From: Rhizophagus irregularis | Lineage: Eukaryota | DNA: 64,000 bases | Direction of reading: 5' to 3' | Assembly: GCF_026210795.1 (NCBI RefSeq) | Contig: NC_089435.1 | Span: forward strand, 4,774,001-4,838,000 | Part shown: positions 39,162-50,161 of the stretch, in pieces | Numbering within the stretch: the first letter of the stretch is position 1 | Layout: every line of letters starts with the position of its first letter | Program-made: the position numbers and the translations under genes | Notes under the pieces: model-generated | Told to the model about the DNA's origin: nothing | Database searches by the model: none | Seen by the model: only the letters and a program-made list of their open reading frames with translations

Positions 39162-39915
39162 TTAAGCGAAGATAGCACCAAGAACGGCAATGGCAGCGAA
39201 TGAAACTCCAGATGATTTAAGAGTATTTCCGGATGATGCTGCTGCTGCTCCTCCTGTTGATGATGTTTTTGGTGCGGAAGCAGCACTGTTTGGTGGTGGT
39301 GGTGGTGGTGTTGCTGTGCCTGCTGGTGTTACTCCTTTTGGACCTCCTGCTGGTGGAGCTCCTGCTGGAGCAGCACCTGGAGCAGCACCTGGAGCAGCAC
39401 CTGGAGCTGGAGCACCACCTGGAGCAGCACCTGGAGCTTTTCCGTCAGCTGGAGCTTTTCCATCAGCTGGAGCTTTTCCATCAGCTGGGGCTTTTCCGTC
39501 GGCTGGGGCTTTTCCGTCAGCTGGAGCTTTTCCGTCAGCTGGAGCTTTTCCATCAGCTGGAGCTTTTCCATCAGCTGGAGCTTTTCCGTCAGCTGGAGCT
39601 TTTCCGTCAGCTGGGGCTTTTCCGTCGGCTGGGGCTTTTCCGTCAGCAGCACCGTCAGCTGGGGCTTTTCCGTCGGCTGGAGCTTTTCCATCAGCTGGAG
39701 CTTTTCCGTCAGCTGGAGCTTTTCCGTCAGCTGGAGCTTTTCCGTCAGCTGGTCCTCTATTATCATAAACAAGAAATATTTTTTATTTATTAAACTATTA
39801 AAAAATTTATTATTATTTTTTTTTTCAGGGAAAAAAAAACTTACTGTGCAGCAACACAGGCAATCAACAAAGTGAGAACAGCAAGAAGAAAGAAGGTACG
39901 TTTAGTGAATTTCAT
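39162..39915 (-). CDS. AGL: GPI-anchored AGL protein with ~17 APADGK repeats; 2 exons
   Basis: MKFTKRTFFLLAVLTLLIACVAAQ|GPADGKAPADGK...AAASSGNTLKSSGVSFAAIAVLGAIFA*; 18-nt repeat at 39435-39750. Confidence 0.92.
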
Positions 39916-41491
39916 TTTTATTATTATAATATTATGTGGGTTTGTGAGTTAATGAATATGAATGATTGAAAAGAAGTGGAATGATTGAAAAAGAGAGGAA
40001 AAAAGGCTCGTATTTATTAGATTTTTTCTCTCAACCTATATTTCCTTTCTTGGAAGTGTTCCCGGGATACATTTTGAAACGTTACACTTCATTTAATGCT
40101 TGGCGTTTAAGGAACAAACGCTTTTAGCAAAAACTGGTTGGTATCATTACACGAATAAAATTAGGTTTATTTTTAGATATTTTATTATGAAATATGAATT
40201 TTACTCGACGCAAGTTTAATTAGTTAATATTTAATTTGTTAAGAATATAAGGCTATCAAAAAGCAACTTTACCATATATGAACTCCACTGAAATTAAATT
40301 GCATATTTATCGGCAATTGAGTTAGTAAAAAAATGGGTTTGTTGAAAAAATTTTTTAGATTTATAAATTTTTGATTATAGAAAATTTTTTTATCGCATGT
40401 AAAGGATAAAAAAGGATAAAAAGATAAAAATATAATCATGTTACTATATTGAAAAAATAAAATATCCATTTCTAGTTAGTAGTTACTCTGCTAATGGGCG
40501 ATGCTAAATTTAAATGCCCCGTCACCCGAATACTTATTTTTTTGAGATACCCGAAGACTACATCTCAATGTAAAATCAAAATCTTTGTTCAAGTAGAGGG
40601 AAATTATAAACGGATTGAATTTGTCATCTATCTGAATTAATTTTAATCAATTTTAATTCCTCTTTATTATTATGTTAGGACAGGTCATAATTCTCGCAGT
40701 CGCTCCTATATGTAACATATAATCAAAAGGTGCCTAGTCATTCGAGCCGTCTAATTCGTCTAATTAGAATTACAAAGAAGAAAAATAAAAAAAAACAATC
40801 GTTCCAACACATATGCAAGATAAATATAACTGCATACCGTGACAATTCTTTCCTCCAAAGAGAGCACTAGGCAGTATAATACGTAATACACGAATGTACC
40901 ATACTATATAAACTTATTGCCGTTTCGGTCATTCGATCATTTGACACAAATTTCCAAGCCACGCCGCCGATCACATACGAAACTTTTTTTTTTCTAATAA
41001 AGTATTTTTTAATCTTTTTTTTATGTTCCGATAAATAGACTCTATACACACTATATACTCCGAACTCGAAGTCTTTTTACTAGAAACAACTCAGTATATT
41101 TACTGCTTAACTTTGAGATCACACTTTAGATCACACTTTAGATCTTCGATCACACTTTCTTTGGGTTATTGAATAACGCCAAAATGGCACCGTAAGTAGT
41201 AATAAGAAATGCTTTTTGTCGTATTTAAAGACGATAATTGATATTTTCAAAGTTGTGTATCATATATTTATTTGTAAAAAATTGTTTTTAGGCGCTTAAT
41301 ACACTAATTATCATATTTTAATACATTTTAAAACTATAGACGGTAAAAACAAGTCAAGAAAGTAGTATTATTAGTTGTTTTATAGGTTTTGTATATGAAT
41401 TATTTACTTGCTAATATTTTGTTAGCATGTAGTAATATTTATGTAATTTTGTATAGAAACTTTTTAATTAATCTATACAATTTATTAAATA

Positions 41492-41679
41492 CAGCCAGAC
41501 CTCCATAATTGCACACCCCTTGGGACCATATGCATAATTTTCAAAATAGTGCATTTAAAGAGGGTGTGCATTTATAGAGGTAAAATAATTAGAGATCATA
41601 TAAGAACCAGAGGGTGCATTTAGAGAGGGTATACATAGTGGGTGCAATTATGGAGAGTGCAATTATAGAGGTCTGACTG
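41492..41679. mobile_element. pogo/Tc1-like MITE, TA-flanked
   Basis: ta|cagccagacctccataattgcac...gtgcaattatagaggtctgactg|ta; internal gagggtgcattta repeats. Confidence 0.85.
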
Positions 41680-42969
41680 TATTGTGTAGAATTATTATTA
41701 TTTTAGCACTATTGAATAAAAATTATAAGAGAATCTAATATATTAGATATAAGGTAATAGATGATTTTATACTTAAAAATACTTGGATTTTAAATAGATC
41801 AAATAGATCATATTTTTAATTTTTTCGTTTATAATCTATTTTTCAGTTCTTACATTTGAATAAATTTATACAAATAATTAATTATTAATATTTCAATTAA
41901 ATATAATAGTTTCCAACCTTTATTTGCTTTGGTTATTATGTCTGTACTGAAAATTTTAAAGCAGTATAAGAGCGCAGAGCGCGGCACGTTTAAGTTTATA
42001 TACATACATCTGATTCTGAGATATATAATAAAGTAAACGCATATTGTTATCATGTGACTGGTTGTGTTTTTTTTGTGCTGCAATGATCGGTTAGGAGTAA
42101 TAAAGATGACAATGGCCTAGTTAAAAAATAAACAAATAAATAAAAAGATAGTTTGTGTTTCTTTGCAATTAGAATGTTTGACTTTAGATATTCAATTTTT
42201 AAACAATGGTGCTTAACACCTTAGTATGTGTTTTCGCAAAAACTATGGCCTAAATTAAAGAAATTGTAACTTTTTTATACTGCAAATGTTAGCAAAAAAT
42301 TTAATACATACATAATATGAATTTTAATTATTATATTATTAACTACTACTAATATTGTAGAATAAAACACCCACTGGTATGATTGGTATGATTTATAAAT
42401 AATTTTTTATTTTATATTTGCATTAATGAGATAATATCGGAAAGGAAATCGACCACTTAGATTGGGACGAACAAATTTTGGGAATTTAGAGATCAAGCGT
42501 TTTCGCGTTGTTTTTTATTTTACTAATATTATTATTATTATTATTATTTATTTATCGTGCGGAATGTGGGTTATTAGAGGATTATAATATTAAGAAAAAT
42601 AAAAAATGAAAAACCAAAAAAAAAACGATTACAAATATCTATTACGCGAAGTAAGTTGGGATTTTTATTAGAAATTAACGCGTTTACTTTGGAAACTAAT
42701 TATTATACTATTTTCCAACCCATAATTATTAATCAAAAAAGACCTTATTGTTTAAAAAGAGGAACTAAATCTAATAAAAATATAATATGAAATAATAAAA
42801 AACTATTTAAATTAATGTTCGGAATTTTGTTTTTGGTCGTATCACTATTATTATTTATTATTAAGCACGGTAAATATAATATAATAACTTTATAAAGTGT
42901 ATATAATTATTACAAAAAAAAAAAATCTTTTTTTTTATGATGGTAAATTATTAAATCTAATTAATTAAT

Positions 42970-43742
42970 TTAAGCGAAGATAGCTCCAAGAACGGCAATG
43001 GCAGCGAATGAATATCCAGATGATTTAAGAGAATTTCCGGATGATGCTGCTGCTTTGGCTGATGCTGATGGGGCTGCTCCTCCTGCTGGTGATGCTGCTG
43101 GTGTTTTTCCGTCAGCTGGGGCTGGTGCTTTTCCGTCTTTTGGAGCAGCACCTGGAGCTGGAGCAGCACCTCCTGGAGCAGCACCTGCTGGAGCTTTTCC
43201 GTCAGCTGGAGCTTTTCCGTCAGCTGGTGCTTTTCCGTCAGCTGGTGCTTTTCCGTCAGCTGGAGCTTTTCCGTCAGCTGGAGCTTTTCCGTCAGCTGGT
43301 GCTTTTCCGTCGGCTGGTGCTTTTCCGTCAGCTGGTGCTTTTCCGTCGGCTGGTGCTTTTCCGTCAGCTGGTGCTTTTCCGTCAGCTGGTGCTTTTCCGT
43401 CGGCTGCGTCTGGTGCTTTTCCGTCAGCTGGTGCTTTTCCGTCGGCTGGTGCTTTTCCGTCGGCTGGTGCTCCGTCAGCTGGTGCTTTTCCGTCGGCTGG
43501 TGCTCCGTCAGCTGGTGCTTTTCCGTCAGCTGGTGCTCCGTCAGCTGGTGCTTTTCCGTCAGCTGGTGCTCCGTCAGCTGGTCCTCTGTTATCATAAAAA
43601 AGAGTGATTTGATTAACAACTTCACCATATTATATTAATTATTCTTTTCTTGAATAATAATTGTGAAGGAAACTTACTGTGCAGCAACGTAGGTAACTAA
43701 AGCGAAGAAAATGGCGAGAATAATGAAGATGCGTTTATTCAT
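42970..43742 (-). CDS. AGL: GPI-anchored AGL protein with APADGK and APADG repeats; 2 exons
   Basis: MNKRIFIILAIFFALVTYVAAQ|GPADGAPADGKAPADG...AKAAASSGNSLKSSGYSFAAIAVLGAIFA*. Confidence 0.92.
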
Positions 43743-46700
43743 TTTTATATATTATTATTATTAGATCTTAGAGGGGATTATTAATTTTATATTATTAACA
43801 AGGTTTTTTTTATTTTTTATTTATTATTGTAATGAAAGATTTAATTTTTTTTTGAACCTTGTTGGTGGTGATTGAGTTGAAGGAAAAATGGGCTGTATTT
43901 ATTAGGATTTTTTTTGATCGTTTCACTTAATAAATTCATATAAAATATATATTGTTTGTTATTATTATTATTTATTTATTTTACCCGTATCTCTTTTACA
44001 GCCACTCTCAGCGATTATGTTTGAAACGCATAAATAGTACATAATAGTACAAAAATATATATATATATATATATATTACAATAAATTACTTATATCACTT
44101 TGCATATACTAATTTTAAGTGCATGGCTCAATCAGGGATTAATTGATATCAGCGATCATTATAAAAAAAAACTTACCGAGTATTTTAAAAAAAAAATTTT
44201 TTTTTTATTTATTTAAAAATAGGCTGGTTTTTTTTTTGGAATACGGGTTTTGTACAAGGATACGCAATTTATATCAACGCCCAACCTTTTTTTTACAAAT
44301 ACAAAAGCAGTAAATATATTACTTGCATATCACCAACTTTTTATATATATTTATACATCAATGATACATAGTGTATCACCTTATGTTACAAATATTAATT
44401 TTATTTTTCACCCAATCAACGTTGAACTTTATAATCACCATCGCAGAACTTTCTCTAAAAAAGAGTTACCGATTCACACGCGAAAAAGGTTTCTAAGCCA
44501 TTTTTTATATTAAATGTTTTTTTTTGGACATACGTTTTTTTAAACATTTTTTTACCGGCAATCTACTCGATTTATTAGTAGCAAACAAAATAATTGTAAT
44601 TATTCATCACAATGTGTCACACAACCTAAAAAAAAGGATGATAATAGCAAATTCAATAAACGTTTGTTCTCTTTCGTTTCGACGTGTGCTTCGATATGTA
44701 CTTGCGCGTGTGTTTTACATAAAGGAGTAACATGTGACAAAAAAAATTTGTGAGACCATCATGTAAGGGGAAGGGGAGAAGTAACCAAGGTACAGAAAAA
44801 AAAAATTTTTCCAAAAACAATATTGTTGACATTTATGTTTCACTTAATGGCGCCACGAGTTATGAAATGTAAAATAGATATGTTCTTCGAAATGAAATGA
44901 AATAACCGAGCTTTTATTTACACTTCTATAAAGGAAAAATAAGTTATTAGTTTATGGAATACCATATTTGGTAAAGATTATTTTTTTCTCCGACAATCAA
45001 TAATAAAATTATATTTTTAATTATGTTCTATGTTAATCATTTATTATTATTCTCTGGTAAATGGAAACTTCTAATTGATTAACCGATTTTGGGTTCGGCC
45101 CTTCGGTTCATGCAGTCCAACACTTGGTCCAACCCTGGGAAAAGATTTGTATTTAATTTTGAACCTAAATTAGGTATCTGATCAAAAATTTACTTGATCA
45201 AATGTAACAAACAATTAAAAAAAAATTGGAGAACGTAATGGGCGAAAATTCTGACGTAAAACAAAAAGTTTATGAATAAATCTTATTAATAAGGAACAAA
45301 ATGTAACAATTAAACTGGATTCATGCCGAGGTACAAAAAAAAAATTTAATCTTCAATAAGTTCATTGGTCATTATTTCACATTTTCGCCCTTCTTCCCCC
45401 CCTCATTATAGTACAATATGCAAACTAATTTAACACAGAATATACAAAACAAACGCACAAGGGAGTAGAGAAAAAAAAGAAAACATATGCGGGTGACAGC
45501 ATTTAGTTATTTAGTACAAAAATGGAAATAAAGTTAAATATTTATTTTTTTTTTCAAGTGCTCGAAGACATATTTGGAAACTGTTATATATTAAATGCAT
45601 ATATTTATAAAAGACTTTCTTCTTTACGGTAACCTCAGAAAAAAAAAGAAAAGACAAATTGAACAAACAATAAACGAAAATATTTATGGGTCATCAATTC
45701 GGGTCACTATTATCACATAATGCATGACAAAATTAATATGGTATGACGGTATGACACACATGCTTATTTAGTTATACATTCTCCACAAGTTTTTTTGTCG
45801 TATAACCTTGTAACTCCGCGTTCGGATCAACAAAATTAAGTTCTCGTTTATTGTTATGTTTTTATAGTAACAAGGCAAATTTTTTCTTTTTTCTTTGCGG
45901 AAAACTTTTTATTGTTTTAAACTTACGGAAAAGAGAAAAATATCGGCTTTATCCGTCATTTAATGTTTATGGCAATAACTTCGTATGGAAATAAATTACA
46001 TATAATCAGAAGACAAAAGTATTTGTGGTTTAGAGTGAGCGACCTTTTTTATCTATCATGCATAATCTGCTAAATAAACATATATGTACATTAGATTAGA
46101 GAGTTATGAATAAGAGGATTTTTTTTTCACGTTTGTCGATCTTTCATCTATCTGTAATCGGTTGTGTTATGTTACATTTTAGATGCAATAAGGTTCAACT
46201 AATAAAAGAAACACAAAAATTTGCAATAATAAGCACGACATTATAAATAACTAATTACAAATTAATTTGCAATTTGAAAATCCCTTAATAAGAAAAAGGA
46301 AACCTTAAGAAGTTACGCACAGGGATACTTTTTTTTTTCCTTCTAGACTCGAACAATTTTTTTCTAATCTGAAATCGGGTCCAAGTTCCCGTCTCATTCT
46401 CTCATTTGATTGGCTAATCGAGTCATTCAATTTACTTAATTTAACGTTCATTTCCATAGTAGTCATTTGATTTCCTTAAATCGTAATACCTTTCCATTAT
46501 CAATCATCGGAATCTTAATCACTCGGAATCTTAAATCATTCGGAATTTCAATCTTTCGGAATTATTAAATAATTGAAACTTTAATCTTTTTATGCATGAT
46601 ATTCGGGGGTAAGATAAACTATTTTGAGTAATAATAGATTATGATTATGAAGATTATGTTTATCGCCAATAATCACAATATTCAATCTGTCTATTGTCTT

Positions 46701-48477
46701 TTTTGTCCTGATTTGTAGATTACCAATATATATGCGTCTTTGATTACAAATAGAAGGCGGAAAGTTCTTCGTATGTTTAAATTTATACCAAATAAAGAAA
46801 CGTAATTTTTAATGCCCATGTATAGAATTTATAATTAATAACAAAATAAAAAAGAAAAATGATTTCTCTTATAGAATTCGATACTTTGGCAAGTTTAACT
46901 GGTCAATTATTATAATTTATAATTTACAGATTTTTTCGAAAAAAAAAAAAAGTTCTGTTTTTTTCGCAAACTTTTCCAAAATTTTTCTTTCTTACATGTA
47001 ATAATAAATAATTCATTTGAGAGAATTTTTTTTTTTAGCACGTTGAAACTTAAAAGAATCTTATTATTAAAAAAAAATTTTATTACAAAAAAAAATAATT
47101 GTATGCAAAAAAAAGCAAACTTATGCAAGTCAAAAAATAAAAAGTTAACCCGCTCTTTTTAAAAAATTTTCGTAAAAAATGCTGTAAATTGTTTTTTTTT
47201 TTTGAATCAATACAATTCTTGCTTAAATTAATTCATTGTTTTTTCTTCTTAATATTACAAAATCAAATTTCCCTATATGGGATTTCGATCACCCAACTGT
47301 TGAAAATTTTTCTTAAAAATCATGCAAAGTCATGTATATTAAATTAAATGTTTTGAATCTTTTTTTTTTCTATTTGGAAATCTTTTTTTTTTTTGGGTCT
47401 TCCAATAAAATATTTCCCTGGTCTTTTTGAAAATAATGAAATAAATCGGTAAATTAATAATTCCTGGTAAATCGGCTCATTTCTTTGTATCTTCTCTCAT
47501 CGGAACACGTGATATTTTGTTCTCTTTGTAAATTATCACGTGAATGTGAATAGCGAAATTTAAAATATAGTGATATTTGGTTTTATAATAATAATCGAGT
47601 GTCATCGATCGAAGAGATATTACCGCAAGCAAGTAGCGACATGACCATCTCAAAAGTCTCACAAACTAAGTTGCTATTAATTATATACCCAACTCAACTT
47701 TTCATCATATATCAAGAAATAAACATTTTTTTTTTTAAAAAAAAATTCTTTGCTATATTATATCAGAAACACGCTTAAAAACAATTAGCATTTACAGATG
47801 TTATTGTGATGTTAATTCTCGTCATCATTATTTACCAGAATCGTAGAAATTTTACCAAAATTTATGACAATGCTGAAATTGGGCAAATAATAATTATTTT
47901 TCTCGTTTTTATCTTACATTTCATCTTTCTGAGTTATATTCTCAAAATCTCAATATTAAGCCCGAATTATTTTGATTCTTGTGATGCGAAATAAACGAAT
48001 GATTTATTCTTGTCACACATAGATCGATTTGGTTAATATGAAATATATACAAAACTAACTAACCTGAATTGAACAGGACTACATAAATAATGGTAGGGGG
48101 CGAAGCAGTTCGGATGATATTTTAACCACCATACCTAATAACTGTGTTATTATGCAGGCGTCCAAGATCATGTTCCATATGAAAAGCACAGTAAATATGT
48201 GATAATTAATCTATATGACGTAATGCGTCAAAATATCAAAGATATTTAATTTAAAAACAACATGATCCTATTTGGCTGCATAATAACATAATATACAGTA
48301 TAAAGTATAATAATAATTTAAAAATAATCATTCGCTAATTTTAGAAGAAATTAAGCATCTTAATAAACGCGTAAAATTAATATAAAAAATATGGTAAATA
48401 AAAATCGTGCAATGTTTGTTATACTTAAATCTATCAAACCATTAGGAAAGATAAAGTATACCTGGTCCCGTCTAATA

Positions 48478-48714
48478 CAGTCCCTCGATATACGGATATT
48501 CGATATATTAAAAACTTGATATACCAGTAAATTTTTACTCTCCCACTATGTGAGAGAATATATAAATATCGGTATAATTTTGATATAACAATATTTTTCA
48601 AAGGTTTTCGTATGAATCCTAACATATCGCAGTTTGCAGTTTGACGGTATATGTACCGTATATTTGCGGGCCATAGTACCCCGGGTATGTTACAAATTTC
48701 GAGGGTTGACCTTG
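48478..48714. mobile_element. Degenerate pogo-like MITE related to the ends of the 25461-27055 element
   Basis: ta|cagtccctcgatatacggatattcgatata...ttcgagggttgaccttg|ta; gatataac repeats. Confidence 0.6.
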
Positions 48715-48965
48715 TACTACCATGTCTATAACACAAAATTTTAATCTGTTATAATAACATATATTTCAAAAGCTTGTATAATAATCATATAATTCCTGGG
48801 CAAAATCTGATTCTCTAAATAATAAAATCAATAGAAAAAGTAACTTTTTTCATGTAAAAAAAGGGGAATACTATACATAGGGCCCACAATATATGGTATT
48901 ATAGTATGTATTATACATAATATAAAAGTATGGTTATAAAAGATTTTTATTTGTTAAAAAGTATA

Positions 48966-49162
48966 CAGTCAACCCTCTCTAAGTGCATTCTTTCTAAATG
49001 TATACATTATATATTTTTCTTTAATGCATCCTCTTATTCAGTTTCAAGTATATAAGATCATATAAAATATCTCTTTAAATACATATCTTTTTAAATACAC
49101 ATTTTTTCGAATTTTCATTATAGTTCTATTGTTCTAAAGGGATGCATTTAAAGAGTTGACTG
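48966..49162. mobile_element. pogo/Tc1-like MITE, TA-flanked, related to 41492-41679
   Basis: ta|cagtcaaccctctctaagtgcat...atgcatttaaagagttgactg|ta. Confidence 0.8.
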
Positions 49163-50161
49163 TATAAACTTAAAAGTGAAACTGACTTTTTTTTCTTTAT
49201 GTTTTATAATGTTATTTAGAATGCTTTATTGAAATTATATAAATAAAAGTTACTACAGCAATTTAAAAATACACAAATAGAAAAACCATTTATCATAAAA
49301 GACTATTGATTAAGGATAGATTAACAGTTAATAAACAAAAAAGTAAAACTGAATTTCTTTTATATTTTATATATTAGTATAGTATAATAATAAAAAAAGT
49401 TTTATAAGCCTAATAAAAATAAATTAAATATCAAATGTGATAAATTGAATTTCTTTAGTTAATAGACTTTTATTAATAATAAAATCAGCTTTTTCAAAAT
49501 GGAATTTATATTTGAATTTTTATATATGGATTGATATAATGTAAAAGATTATTATTTAATTTATACTAGTATTATATACTAAAATTATTTAAAATTTTTG
49601 ATTCAATTATTATAATAGTTAAAAAACTCTTAATATTATACTATATATTTATATATTAGTAAATAATAAATAATGAATTTATACTGAATTTATGGATTTT
49701 ACTAATCAAATTACTAGTAACTAATAATATAAATCTATTTAAATTTAATGGTTTATTTAATTTAATGTATTATTTATGTTTTATACTATTACATATTTTA
49801 TATATTTATAAAGTTTTACATAACAGAAATAAAGTTAATTACTTGTTTATTTAATTAGACTTTTTTTTTAAATAATATATTTTTAATAACAGGCATTTAT
49901 AATTTTCTCAATTATTAAGTAAAATTTATTACAAAATCTAAATAAAAATTTTTTGCTTCTATAATAATTTATTATTATATAAACAATTATTAAAATTTTT
50001 GTAAGTTGACATTTATTAATAATTCACTTTACTTTTTTTCTTTGGTAATATTAGTTTACTTTATTACTCTACTAGTAATATACTTTTACTTTATTTTACT
50101 TGCAATTTTTACATTACTATATCATCAGAATTAAATAAATAAAATACTAGTATAAAATAAG

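Noticed and set aside
33088..43628. Long plus-strand ORFs (AFPSAG and APSLG repeats; L/E/Q-rich frames) and alternative minus frames (TEKLQL, MEHPK)
   Set aside because: Shadow frames of the repetitive AGL exons. Only the minus frame joined to the signal-peptide exon gives a coherent signal-repeat-GPI protein.
44000..48400. Short F/I/K/L-rich ORFs across the gene-poor region
   Set aside because: Consistent with chance ORFs in AT-rich homopolymer DNA; no splice-consistent model or motif.
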